64,000 bases of DNA from an uncultured Thermoplasmata archaeon (GTDB lineage Archaea > Thermoplasmatota > Thermoplasmata > Lutacidiplasmatales > UBA184): contig CAWDQP010000010.1 of the NCBI GenBank assembly GCA_963804505.1, positions 531,607-595,606 on the forward strand, given 5' to 3'. Shown piece by piece: positions 21,907-33,830 of the stretch (positions are counted from its first letter, which is position 1; every line of letters begins with the position of its first letter). Below the pieces are notes generated by a model. It ran no database searches, had not been told where the DNA came from, and saw nothing but the letters and a program-made list of their open reading frames with translations. The position numbers were made by a program, and so were the translations under genes.

Positions 21907-23134
21907 TCAGGTACCCGCGGTGGACGCCAGCGGCGGGGAGAGGGACAGCGGCGGCTCGGGCCCCGGCGCCGGTACGTCGAGAGTCGCGGCCCGCGCCGCC
22001 GCCGGACCGGTCCATTCCGCCGGGTACAGGTGACACGCGACGAAGTGGTCCGGCCGCACCTCGATCAGCGGAGGCTCGACCTTCGAGCAGACGGGCATGA
22101 CGGCAGGGCATCGGGTGTGGAACCGGCACCCGGGGGGCGGGGCGGCGGGGCTGGGCACGTCGCCCTGGAGAACGATCCTCTCCCGCTTGAGGTCCGGGTC
22201 GGGGATCGGGATCGCGGACAGGAGCGCCTGCGTGTACGGGTGGAGCGGCGTGGAGAACAGCGCGTCCGTGGGGGACCGCTCCACGATCTTTCCCAGGTAC
22301 ATCACGACGACCCGCTGGCTCATCGCCCGCACGACCGAGAGGTGGTGCGAGATGAACAGGTAGGAGAGCCGCTGCTCGCTCTGGAGGTGCCGAAGGATGT
22401 TCAGGATCTGGGCCTGCACCGAGACGTCGAGCGCGCTGGTCGGTTCGTCCAGCACGATGAACTCTGGCCGCAGGGCGAGCGCCCGGGCGATCCCGATCCG
22501 CTGACGTTGGCCCCCCGAGAACTCGTGGGGGAACCGCCACTCGTGCTCCGGGTTGAGGCCGACCTGACCGAGGAGCTCGCTCACCCGGCGCCGTCGCTCG
22601 GCCCGGCTCCCCGCGTGATGGATCTCGAGCGGCTCGGCGATGATGTCGCGGACGAGCATGCGCGGGCTGAGCGACCCGAACGGGTCCTGGAACACGATCT
22701 GAAGCTTCCCGCGGAGCTCGCGCATCGCGCGGCCGTGCTTTCGGTAGAGGGAGTACCTGGTTCGCGATCTCGTCCAGCTCCCGGAGCGCGGCGACGGCGT
22801 TCGGCGGAAGCGCACTCCCGTTGTTCTGGGAACCCGCGTACGGGCTCAGCTGGCTGTACAGCGCATCGATCCGCGCCGACACCGGGGGCGGGGGACGGTA
22901 GAAGGTCTGACCGGACGTGGGCTCGATGAGTCGAAGGAGGAGCCGGCCGACGGTCGTCTTGCCGCACCCTGATTCCCCGACGAGGCCGACCGTCTCCCCT
23001 TCTCGGACGTCAAAACTGACGCCGTCCACGGCCCGGACGTCGCCGACGTGGGTCGAGAAGACCCCGCCTCGGATGGGGAAGTACTTCCGGACATTCCGAG
23101 CGGAGATGACAACCGGCGACTGCGCGGCGGCCAC
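21907..23134 (-). CDS. Oligopeptide/dipeptide ABC transporter ATP-binding protein (OppF/DppF-like); one frame break near 22760
   Basis: [12 protein letters not shown] (Walker A) lies at the start of ORF 21248..23134. [24 protein letters not shown], and the C-terminal [17 protein letters not shown] oligopeptide-type extension lie in ORF 21907..22815. Confidence 0.85.
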
Positions 23135-23375
23135 GGTGCCCTGAGCCCCCTATACCACCAGCCGAGGCTCCTTGTATAAGTAGCCGGCGACGCGGGCGGC
23201 CCCCGCGGGAGGGCCGGAATCGGACCGGCGCACGGTTTTCCCAACGTACATCCGCCGCTCCGGACCCCCCGGTTCCCCCCTACCGTTCCACGCTAAGGCA
23301 TATACCCCCCTCGACGCATCAATTTAGTCGGAAGCGCGGCCTACGTCGGCCGGGCCGCCCACAAAGGGAACTCGC

Positions 23376-26300
23376 ATGGAAGCAGAGCGGATACTGAAGT
23401 CGAAGGGATTCTGGGCGATCGCCGTGGTCGTAATCATGGGGCTTAGCGCCCTCCAGGCCAGCGTCGGTACTGACGCGGGCCGACGCTACGGCGTCCCCGG
23501 AGGCCGCGACGTCGAGCGCCACGATGGCGCCCCCCGCGGCGGCGGCTCCTGCGTCGACGGCCAGCAGTTCCCCGAGCGCGGCCGTGCCATCGAGCGCCGA
23601 GGGACCCCATCCGGGCACTCTCGATGTCTTCGAACCCGTACCGGGCGGAGCCACCACCCTGGACCCGGCGGCCGCGTACGACACAACCAGCTACGAGGTG
23701 ATCCTGAACGTTTACCAGACCCTGGTGAGCTACAACGGCAGCACCACGGGAAGCTTCGTCCCGACGCTCGCGACGTGCGTCCCCGGTCAGGGGACCCAGT
23801 GCGCCACCGACTACGGAACGGGATTCACCGGGATCTTCAACGCGACCGGCGGCAACTTCACCGGTACGAACGGTGCGCCGGTGTACTGGACGTTCGTCAT
23901 CGACCCCGCGGCCCACTTCTACGACCCGGGAACCGGGACTTCTTGGAAGGTATATCCTTCGGACGTGATGTTCTCGATCGCGCGCTCGCTGGCGTTCGCG
24001 GACGTGCCGTATGCGACCAAGACGGCGGGCTGGATCCTCGCTCAGGCGCTGCTTCCTCCGGGGAACGACAAGTGGGACAACTCGCTACACTCCCCGTACA
24101 ACAACACGCCGGCGCAGATCTACGACTCGATGCTGGTCAACGACAGCGCCTACTGTCCGGCCAAGGCGATGAACGGCGTCCAAGGGAACGGATGCATCAC
24201 CTTCGTCGCGGACGGCAGCAGCCAGGTCTGGCCCGAGTTCCTCGACTTCGTCGAGGACAACCTCGGGGCGAGCGTCGTACCGTGCGGCTGGTTCAGTGCC
24301 CAGGGCGCGAACATCACCGGCTGGTCCGGTTCCGCCGCCGCCCACGGGGACGGCTCGTGCAAGCTGCCGGACGGTGGCAGCACGACCAACAACTCCGCAT
24401 GGTCCACCTATGTCGGGGGGCTCGGCGACACGTACTGGGACACCTACGAGGCGCTCGACAACAACTGGCCGGCGCCCAACCAGGGCGTGGAGAAGGCGCT
24501 GGTCGGCTCCGGCCCGTACTACGCCTCGGTCAACTGGGGGCTTTCGTACGACCTCGCCGCGAACCCCGGCTACGCGGAGCCTTCGGGCTGCTCGGGAGCA
24601 GCGAGCCTCGCGACGTACTCGGGGTATTGCGACCCCGCGCCGGGGGCTTACATCCCGAAGGTCGACGTCACCTGGGAAACCTCCAAGCAGGGCGACAGCC
24701 TCGGAACCGACGCGATCGAAGCCGGCACGGCCGACTTCGCGGGGATCTACACGACTCAGACCACCAGTCTGCTCGGATACGTCCACTCGGGACTCTGGCA
24801 GTACAACCTGTTCCCGACGCTCAGCACGGGATTCACCCCGATCAACCTCGGCATCAGCTACAGCGCGTTCGATACCGATTTCGCGGGGGTCTCCCCCTCG
24901 GGTTCCAACCCGATCAACGCGACGCTCCTGACCGACCTCGGAATTCGTAACTTCTACGTCCAGGCGTACCCGTACACCACGATCGAGGAAGACATCAACA
25001 CGGTCGACGACATCCAGTTCTCGTTCAACGCAGGTGGCCCGATTCCGTTCGGGATGGGCAACTACTACCCCAGCAACGTATCGTGGCCGTCCCTGATGGG
25101 CGACCCGATCGGCGCGAACGCGACCCACGTCGGCAGCGCGCAGTGGTGGTGGAACCAGCTCGTCAACGAGACCACCGGCCCGTACTACAACGCGACCCTC
25201 GTGAAGGACTGCGTCGGCGCCTCGTCCCCGTGCTCCTGGTACGTAGGGTACTTCGACGGAGCCCCCGTCGGGGAGACCGTGATCAACGACTGGGCCGGGG
25301 AGATCTACAACATCAGCCAGCACGCGCTCGAGCCGGTTCCGCTGGCCGAGACGTTCACCCAGTTCCTGACCGCGTTCGCGGGCGCCTATGAGGTGCCGCT
25401 CGCGTCGTCGTTCGGATTCGGCTGGGCTCCCGACTATCCCGACCCGACGGACTACGCCGCCCCGATGTCGCAAGCCAACGGCGACTACACCGGACCGGAC
25501 GCCTTCAGCGAGCAGCTGCTCACGGGCGGCGGCGGGCCGTGGAACGCCACGAACCCCTCGCCCTACGAGAACAACACCACGTGCGGCCACTCGGGCATCG
25601 GTCCGGGTTCCTACGGCAACCTGACCTACTGGGCGAACCAGGCGAATGTGACCAACCTGACCACGGGCAACTTCAGCTCGGAGTGCCAGGGTGTGGCGTA
25701 CGCCGTCGCGAACTACTGGCTGGGCATCACGGGCGCCTTGGCCGCGGGCCCAACCCGTATCCTCCAGTACAACCTCGAGGAGCAGATCCTGAACCGACTC
25801 GCGATGTACATCTACAACGGCCAGACCAACGAGCTCGTCGGCTTCGCGCCATGGATCGACAAGACCTCGATCAACGAGAACCCGGTCATCGGTGGCGGCG
25901 GCGACTCGGTCTGGTTCCAGGTCCGCTACAACACGTCGTTCAGTGCGGGTTACTCAATCACCATGAAGGAATCGGGCCTGCCGTCCGGCACCAGCTGGTC
26001 GGCGACCGTCGGTCTCACGACCCTTACGGGGACCGGCACCTCGATCGCCTTCCCGGCGACGTTCGCGAACGGGTCGTACAACTACAGCGTCTCCTTCGAG
26101 ACGGGCTACAGCGTGGCCCCATCGAGCGGGGCCGTGACGGTGGCCGGCGCGGACGCGACCCAGGACGTGGTCTACACCGCGTTCTCCACCGCGTCCTCGG
26201 ACGTCTACTTCAACGAAACGGGACTCCCCTCGAACACCAGCTGGTCGGTCCTCATCCCGGGGTACGGTGCCGTCACCTCGGGGGAGCCGACCGAGACCTT

Positions 26301-26998
26301 CGCGCTCCCGAACCACGCGACGTACCCCTACACGGCCAGCCTGGTCGTCGGGTTCCTGACCCCCGCGGCCGGGGAACGTGAGCGTGGTCGCCGCACCGGT
26401 GTTCACCGTCCTGAACTACACCTGGATCGTCGCCCCGAACTTCGCGCTGACGTTCACGGAGAACGGCCTGCCGGCCGATACGAGCTGGTCGGCCACGATC
26501 GGCCCGACCGGATCCGCGTACACGGCCGCGGTCTCGAGCGTGAACCTCACCCTCTACGAGCCGAACGGCACCTACTCGGTGCAGATCACCTTCCCGTCGG
26601 GCTATGTTTCCCCAGCCGGGCCCGTCAAGGTGGTCGTGAGCGGCGCGAACGTGACGCTCCTGGTCGTGACCAGCCCGATCGAGACGCCTCCGGCGCCCGC
26701 CGCCGCGTCCCCGGCCTGGACGTACCTGAGCACGCTCGCCTACGCGTTGATCGGAATCCTCGCACTGCTCGTCATCGTGGGATTCCTGCTCGCCGCCCGC
26801 CGCAAGCCCCCCGCGTCCCCGCCGGAGTCGTGGATGCAGGGAGGGAAGCCGACGGATTCCCCGACCGGTGACACCTCGCCGGTCGACGAGGAGAACTCGC
26901 CCCCGACGAACTCGACCGCACGGAACGCCCCCGCGGGCGAATCCCCGCGGGGGCACCAACCCCTTCCCGGCCCTACAGCAGCGGCAGTTCTCCGGTGA
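23376..26998 (+). CDS. Very large extracellular solute-binding protein (family 5, Opp/Dpp type) with three C-terminal beta-sandwich repeats, a TM anchor and a cytoplasmic tail; two frame breaks (~23468, ~26375)
   Basis: The signal/TM is MEAERILKSKGFWAIAVVVIMGLSAL. The SBP_bac_5-like start is TLDPAAAYDTTSYEVILNVYQTLVSYN. The body is Asn/Ser/Thr-rich with N-x-S/T sequons. The TM is YALIGILALLVIVGFLLAA near the 3' end (ORF 26378..26998). Confidence 0.7.
25954..26680 (+). repeat. Three tandem ~80-aa protein repeats (G-L-P-x-x-T-S-W-S module) inside the solute-binding protein
   Basis: The three copies are ITMKESGLPSGTSWSATVG.., VYFNETGLPSNTSWSVLIPG.. and LTFTENGLPADTSWSATIGP... Each is followed by N-G-(S/T)-Y-x-Y/V and a V-x-V-x-G-A-(D/N) strand. 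Confidence 0.55.
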
Positions 26999-27356
26999 TC
27001 GGGTCGAGCCGTGAGCTCGGCGCGGGCCCCAGACCGAGGCACGTGCGGGTTCCCGCGGGCACCTCGGTGAAGCCGGCGTCCTCGATCCATACGGTCGGGA
27101 TGCCGGCCGCCCGCGCTTGCCGTTGCACGGCTTCCATCTCGCCCAGCGTGGGGACCTCGAGCGCGACCTTCATTTGGCCTTCCGCGAGCCAGGTCTCGAG
27201 CTCCCGCGCGCCCCGCGTTTCGGCCTGCCGAACCAGCAGGACCGCGGCGTGCGCCGCCTGCACCGCCGCCTTGCCCGGGGTCAGGCGCAGCTCGCCCCGA
27301 AGGATCAGGACCATCTTGTGGGTCGCGGGGTTGCCGCGGCCGCGGTTAGAGGTCAT
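26973..27356 (-). CDS. pth2: Peptidyl-tRNA hydrolase, archaeal/eukaryotic Pth2 type
   Basis: The last 127 codons of ORF 26973..27614, from the ATG at 27356, read KMVLILRGELRLTPGKAAVQAAHAAV..VALEV..IPTVWIEDAGFTEVPAGTRTCLGLGP. Confidence 0.85.
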   Translation of the reverse strand: MTSNRGRGNPATHKMVLILRGELRLTPGKAAVQAAHAAVLLVRQAETRGARELETWLAEGQMKVALEVPTLGEMEAVQRQARAAGIPTVWIEDAGFTEVPAGTRTCLGLGPAPSSRLDPITGELPLL

Positions 27357-27885
27357 ACTCGGCCTCCCGACGGGACTCGAGGGCGCGGGTCTCCGTCCGC
27401 ACCTCGCCCAGGCGCCGCTCGAGCTCCCCGGTCGCGGTCGGGTCGGTCTTCGAACGCGCCATGGCCCGGAGGATGCGCCGTTCCTCGCGGCCCAGGCGGT
27501 CGAGCTCCCGGGTGACCTCCCAGACCCCTTCCGAACCCGGTTCTGGGGCGGCGCGGGCGGAGGCGGCACCGCGGCGTACGACCCCTCCAGGAGGCCGACG
27601 ACGAACGCGACCACGGCGATCGCGGCAAGGCACGCCTCGAGGACCGGGTCGGACCACGCCGCCGAGAACCCGCCCGGCGAGGCCGAGGAGCGCCGAAGCC
27701 GACGAGGACCGTGAGGACGATGCTCAGGGTGAAGGCGAGGGTGACCGTCTCGAGCGCGCCCCGCAAACCCGTCGGGGCCCCGGAACCGGAGGCGCGGGAA
27801 GGAGGCCCGGGCGACGCGTGAACCCCGGAACGAAGAACAGGAGGGCGCCCCCGACGATCGCTTCGGGGATGGTGAGCGGGTTCAT
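27346..27885 (-). CDS. Hypothetical membrane protein (DUF1616-like start), heavily frame-disrupted
   Basis: The ATG at 27885 gives [25 protein letters not shown] pieces LETVTLAFTLSIVLTVLVGFG and AIAVVAFVVGLLEG, and a coiled C-terminus VWEVTRELDRLGREERRILRAM..EAEYDL, lie in different frames. Confidence 0.3.
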
Positions 27886-29249
27886 CGGGTCCGGGCGCTC
27901 ACTCCGGGGCGCCGCCCGGAGCCCCGAACTGGCGCTTTCGAGCTGGCGCCGTAGGCGGCGGTTCGAGACCAGGCCGTGGGCGGACTTGCGCGTCGAGCTC
28001 GTACTGCTTCAGCAGGGCCCGGACCTCCTGGGGCGGCTGGCCGCTCCCGCGCGCGATCCGGTGGATCCGGTCGGCCTTGATGATCGCGCGCGTCCGAGAG
28101 CTCGCCGGGGGTCAGCGAGTCCAGGATCGACGCGGAACCGTCGGAGTCGCCGCTGCGAGTCCTCGAGCTGCTTGTCGTCGAGCTTGGCCGCGCCGAACAT
28201 CGGGAACATCGACATGAGCTTCGAGAACGGGCCCATCTGGCCGAGCGAATCGAGCTGCGAGCGCATGTCGCGCAGCGTGAACCGGCCCGGACATGAGGTG
28301 CTTGGCGGCCTTCTCGGCCGCCTCCTTGTTCGAGAGCTCCTCGAACCGCTCGAGGAGGGTCTGGATGTCCCCCATCCCGAGCAGCCGGGAGACGAACCGG
28401 GTCGGCTCGAACCGTTCGAGCTCGTCGAGGTGCTCGCCCGTTCCGAGGAAGACGATCGGCGCGCCGCTCACGGCGACGGCCGAGAGCGCGCCGCCGCCCT
28501 TCGCCGACCCGTCGAGCTTCGTGAGGATGACGCCCGTTGAGCCCGACCGCCTTGTGGAACGCCTCCGCGCTGCGGCCCGCCGCCTGGCCCATCGCCGCGT
28601 CCAGGACGAGGCAGCACCTCGTCCGGCTGGAGGACCGCCTTGACGCGCTTCAGCTCCTCGATCAGCTCGGCATCGATGCCGCTGCGGCCCGGCGGTGTCG
28701 ACGATCACCGCGAGTGGGCGGGCAACGCCTCGAGCGCGTCCCGGACGATCTCCTCGGCCTTGCGTTCGGCGCGGTCCGCGTAGAAATCGGCCCCGATCTT
28801 CTTGGAGAGCTGTTCCAGCTGGTCGATCGCCGCGGGCCGGTGGACGTCCGCCGCCACGAGCGCGACACGGACCCCCTTCTTCTGGAGGTAGCGGGCCAGC
28901 TTCGCCGGCGGTGGTCGTCTTTCCCTGGCCGAACAGGCCGGCGAGGAGGATCCGCTTCGGCTTCGCGCTCGAACGGCCGGTCCTTGCCGAGGATCCCCCG
29001 GATCTCCTCGTAGATGATCCGGACGAGGAAGTCGCGGAGGCTCGCCCCCGCCGGCGGCTTCTCCTCGGTCGCCCGACGGCGGACCCGCTGCGTGAGGTCG
29101 ATCGTCAGCTGGACGTTGACGTCGGCCTGGAGGAGCGCCCGCTGGATGTCGCGGACGACCTCGGCGAGGAGCGCCTCGTCGACGACGGAGCCGCGGGCGA
29201 TCTTCTGGAGGACGCCGCGCAGGGATTTCCCAAGCGAATCGAGAACCAT
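27882..29249 (-). CDS. srp54: Signal recognition particle protein SRP54; at least four frame breaks, 3' end uncertain (27882-27901)
   Basis: The N domain is [26 protein letters not shown]. The G domain has GQGKTTTTAKLARYL (in another frame), [20 protein letters not shown] and [12 protein letters not shown]. The M domain has [19 protein letters not shown]. Confidence 0.85.
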
Positions 29250-29397
29250 CCCGAACTCCCCGCGGGCGGCCGTCCGGCGAGACCGGCGCTCCTATATCTC
29301 GGGCACGGGCGAGGCGTCGCCGAGCCGTGCGGGCACCGGCGCGTCGGAGCCGACGCAAACCTCTTAACGAACCGCGCGGGGTCAAATCCTGCTGCTC

Positions 29398-30884
29398 ATG
29401 CCGCCGGAGCCGACCGCTCCCGCTGCGGCGCCCGCCCCGCCGAAGCCGACGCCCCCGAAGCTCAACCCGGTGCGGGTCCCGGTCCCGGAAGAGCCGGTGG
29501 CCGAACGCGACGCCGGACTTCCGCGAGGTCCTCCACGCCTACTCGAAGGAGGAGGCGATCCTCGAGGCGAAGCGGTGCATCCAGTGCCGGCGCCCCTGGT
29601 GCGTCGAGGCGTGCCCGATCACCCAGGACTGCCGCGAGTACATCCGCCTCATCGCCGCCGACGATTTCGACGGCGCGGCCCGGGTGACCCTGCGGGAGAA
29701 CCCGCTCTCGACCTGCCTGTGCAAGGTCTGCTACCACTACTGCGAGGAGTCGTGCGTGATCACGAAGAAGGGGGTCCCGATCGCGATCCGGCACCTGAAG
29801 CGCGCCGCGCTCGACTTCGGCAACGAGCGACCTCGTCTACGTCGCCGTCGAAGCCGAAGGGCCAGCGGGTCGCGGTCGTCGGCGGCGGACCGGCGGGGCT
29901 GATGGCCGCCTGGGAGCTCGGCGTGCGCGGCTACGCGGTCACCGTCTTCGAGCAGGAGCCGCGCGTCGGCGGCCTGATGCAGACGATCCCGGCGTACCGG
30001 ATGACCGACGCCGATGTGCAGACCGACCGGGCGCGCCTCAAGGACCTGGACGTCACGTTCGTCGACGACACGAAGGTCGGCAGGGACCAGCGCCCTGGAC
30101 CGGCTTCTCACGGACGGCTACCAGGCCGTGTTCGTACCGATCGGCACGCCAGCCCACCGGACCCTCGGCGTTCCCGGGCGAGGACCTTCCCGGCGTGCAT
30201 TCCCGCGCTCCGAGTTCCTGAAGGAGACGAACGCGGGGCGACCGCCGAAGGTCGGCCAGGAGATCGTCGTCGTCGGCGGCGGGGACGTGGCGATGGACTC
30301 CGTCCGCACCGCGCTCCGAGAATCGAAGGGCGGCCGCGTCACGCTCGTCTACCGTCGCGGTCGCGAGGAGATGCCCGCCGACCCCGAGGAGGTGCACGGG
30401 GCCGAGACAGGAAGGGATCCGGTTCCTGTTCCAGCGCGCGCCGCTGCGGATCGTGGGCACGGCGCACGTGGAGGGCCTCGTCGTCCAGACGATGGAGCTC
30501 GGCCCGCCGGATGCGGGCGGCCGCCGGACCCCCGTTCCCGTCGCCGGGTCCGAGGCGACGATCCCCTGCGACACGGTGATCGTCGCGGTCGGGCCAGAAG
30601 GCGGACCTCACCGGGTTCGGCGCCGGACCTCGACCTCAAGGTGACCTCCCAGGGCTGGCCCGAAGGGCAAGAGAGCCGGGTTCGAGACCGCCGTCCCGGG
30701 CATCTTCGCCGCCGGGCGGCCGTTCGGTCGTCTACGCGATGGGCGCCGCGACCGAGGCGGCGAACGCGATCGACGCCTACCTCTCCGCGAAGCGGGGGGA
30801 AGCGACCGGGGCCGCCCGGATCCGTTCGGCGGCGCGGAGACCTTCAAGCTGCCGCCCGGGTACACTACGCCAATCCGGTCGTAA
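29398..30884 (+). CDS. Glutamate synthase small-subunit-like NAD(P)H oxidoreductase (GltD/GltA-homotetrameric/SudA family); at least six frame breaks
   Basis: The N-terminus is P/A-rich. The Fe-S region is KRCIQCRRPWCVEACP..CLCKVCYHYCEESC. The dinucleotide folds are RVAVVGGGPAGL and IVVVGGGDVAMD, followed by GIFAAG. The stop at 30882-30884 is tentative. Confidence 0.7.
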
Positions 30885-30949
30885 TCGTCTCGCGGCCGCG
30901 GGGCCACGTGGGCCGAAGGTATTTGAGCCGCCAGCGGCCCGTACAGGAC

Positions 30950-33664
30950 GTGCGGCGCTTGGGGCGGCCGTCGTTGCTCCGCACACTGGCCGTATTAGGC
31001 CTGGCCGGGGTCCTGTTGGGCGTTCTCGGCACCGCCGCTGGCTCTCCCGCGCACGGCGCGGGTGACGTCTCGACCGCGATCGTGTCGGTGCCGCCCGACT
31101 TCGCGGCGCGCGCCGGGTATCAGTCCGGATTGTCGTCCCAGATTACGGCGCCTCACGCCCCCTCCGGCCCCATCCCCGTCGACGTGGTCTTTGAGCCCGC
31201 GACGGCGGTGGCCGAGGCACGCACGGGTTTGCTCAGCGCCTCCGTGTACGCCGCGGAGTACGGCCCTTCGCCGTCGTCGGATGCTCGCGCCGCGCAGTAT
31301 TTCCGGAACGAAGGCCTGGTCGTCACGCACGAATGGCCGGATCGGCTGGCGCTTTCGCTGGAGGGGAACGCCCCGGCGATCGACCGGGCGTTCGGAACGT
31401 CGTTGATCGCCGGCGCGTACTCGGCCGGAGGTGATGGCGCCCGCCACCGCTCCCTCGCTTCCCTCCACGATCCAGGCAGACGTGGCCGGGGTGGTCGGTC
31501 TTTCGACCGGTTTCGAGACCTTTTCGATCTCGCTTGCCCCCGTGCCCGGCGCCGGCTCGGCGTCGGCGGTGCCGTCGGAGGGGTCGGGCAACACGGTCTA
31601 CCCGGGGGTCGCGCGGGAGTACTACGGCCTCTCGTCGTTCTACAACCTTACCGGATCCGTCGGTCTACCCCACCGACCAGTCGATCGCCCTCGTGCTGTG
31701 GGGTCAGGGTACTCTCCGAGCGACATCCAGACGTTCTTCGAGGACTACTACGGTTCGGGGTTTCCGGCCGCTCATGTCGTCCCCTACCCGGTGGACGGGG
31801 CACCGTACCCGGACGTCTCGGCACCCTCGTCGGAGGACCGCTCCGACGTGGAGGAGATGACGCTCGACATCGAATGGTCCGGGCCCGGCCGCACCGGGGG
31901 CGACCTTGGATGCCGTCTACGCGCCCAACGGCTCCGCCCCCGGCTACTCGCCCTCGACCGCGGACCTGACGGACGCCTTCGAGAAGGCCCTCTCCCTGTC
32001 GAACGTCAGCGTGATCTCGATGTCGTTCGGGGTCGCGGAAGCCGGCGATCAGTCGCTGCGGTCGGCCTGGACGTCGCTCCTGGGCGAGGCGGCGAGCCGG
32101 GGGATCACCGTTCTCGCCGCCTCCGGTGATTTGGGCGGGGCCTCCAACCCCAGTTGCACGGGCAGCACCTCGATCGAATACCCTTCCTCGTCACCGAACG
32201 TCCTGGCGGTCGGCGGGACCGATGTGTCGCTGACCCGGTCGGTCCTGGGCGAAGTGACGGGATTCAACGAAACCGGTTGGAACGGCAGCGGCGGCGGCTA
32301 CTCGACCCAGTTCCCAGCGCCGAGCTGGCAGGAGGTCGGCAGCGCCGCCGCGCCCATCGAAGCGAACGGCAGCCATCGGGGGGTCCCGGACGTTGCCGCG
32401 ACCGCCGGGGACAACTTCCTCTACTTCGATGGCGCCGAGATGCAGGCCGCGGGGACCAGCTTCGCGACGCCGTTCTGGGCCGGCCTGGTGGCGGAGATGA
32501 ACCAGCAGTACGGGAAACCGCTCGGCTGGATGCTGCCCCAGATCTACCACGTCGGGGCGAGCCAGCCGTCGGGTCAGATCGGGATCGGACTGGTTCCCAT
32601 CAGCGGCGGTGGGAACTGTATCGCCACGGCGAACGGAGGGTGGAGCGCGGTGACCGGTTGGGGCTCGCCCCGGGCCATTTCCCTCTACGAGGACCTCGTC
32701 GGGTCGTACGTCAACCTGTCGCTCGCGGTCGCGCCGTCCACGGTGGCCCCCGGGGGCTCCGTCTCCGTGATCACCCAGCTGACCAACCGCACGACCGGCG
32801 CTCCCATCGCCGACACTACCGTCCGGATCGAGGCGGTCGCGGACACGACGATAGGACCCTGCACCGGGACGTTCTCCTCGGCCGCGCCGGAGACGAACGC
32901 CACCGGGTGGGTCCAGGCGCAGCTCTCCGTGCCGTTCTGCTACCTCGGGTCCCACGCGAACGTCACGGTCATCGTAACGACCGACCGCCTGTACGGGACC
33001 AATCAAACGACGGTGGCGGTCAACCTGCTCGGACTTTTCCCGCCGCTCGAGGCGATCGAGCAGCCTCCGTGGTCTGTACGTCAGCTATCTTTCCATCATG
33101 GCGGCCGCGGTGATCGCGGGCTCGTTGCTTGGACGACGGGGCCCTCGCCTCCCGACGGCACCACCCGCCGGACCGGCTCGGGCCGGGACCGTCGGACCGG
33201 TCGGGACCGGCTCGCGCGCCGACACCGGTGCCCTCCAAACCGGCACCGCCCGCCGCGCCGGGCGGCCCTCCGACGAAGGCGCCCGCGCCTCCCCCTCCCG
33301 CCGTGCCGACCCCACCGACCTCACTACCCCCGACCGTTCGAACCGTGGCGAATCCGGGACCCTTGCCGATTCCCTCGGTGCCTCCGACGAGCCGGCCCTC
33401 GCCCACTCCAGCGCCCACGGGCGCGGCGACGGACCTGTCGCGCGTGGCCCAATCCGGCGCGATTCCTCGCGTGACCCAGCTGCCCTCTCGGGCTACACCG
33501 CGCGGGCCGGCTCGCCCCCTGCACACGGCATTCTCGCCCCGGTCGGCGTCCGCCAGCGTATCACCCTCGGGAGCGCCCCCTCCGGCTCCGGTCGTCGCAG
33601 GCTCCACGAATCGGGGCGGCGCCATGCCCCCGCTCGCGAAGTTGCCTCCCCCGTCGCACGGTGA
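30950..33664 (+). CDS. Second S53 (sedolisin-like) peptidase, membrane-anchored with long low-complexity tail; about four frame breaks, 3' end uncertain (33474-33827)
   Basis: The signal peptide is VRRLGRPSLLRTLAVLGLAGVLLGVLG. The pro-domain has ARAAQYFRNEGL. The catalytic region has EEMTLDIEWSG, ISMSFGVAE, LAASGDLGG and AAGTSFATPFWAG (ORF 31906..33474). The TM is YLSIMAAAVIAGSLLG (ORF 33098..33664). Confidence 0.7.
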
Positions 33665-33821
33665 GAGAAGGTCGATACGGGCCGCCTCGACGGGGTCATC
33701 CCCCCGACCCCGCCGTCCACCGCCCGGTCTGCTCCCGTGTCCCTCTCGGCCAGCCCGCCTCCCGTCGGGGGCGGCGCCGCCCCCGCCGCGGCGGCGGCTC
33801 CCGCCGAAAAACACCCAAAAC

Positions 33822-33830
33822 CCTTAATCC
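33822..33830 (+). promoter_or_regulatory. TATA-like box for pheS (leaderless)
   Basis: CCTTAATCC sits in an A-rich patch (GAAAAACACCCAAAACCCTTAATCC). Its centre is ~26 nt upstream of the GTG at 33851. Confidence 0.45.

Noticed and set aside
29370-29395. A tRNA-like T-arm (GCGGG-GTCAAAT-CCTGC) upstream of the gltD-like gene.
   Set aside because: No complementary acceptor strand, D arm or anticodon arm can be found in the preceding 90 nt. It overlaps the predicted promoter and start region.
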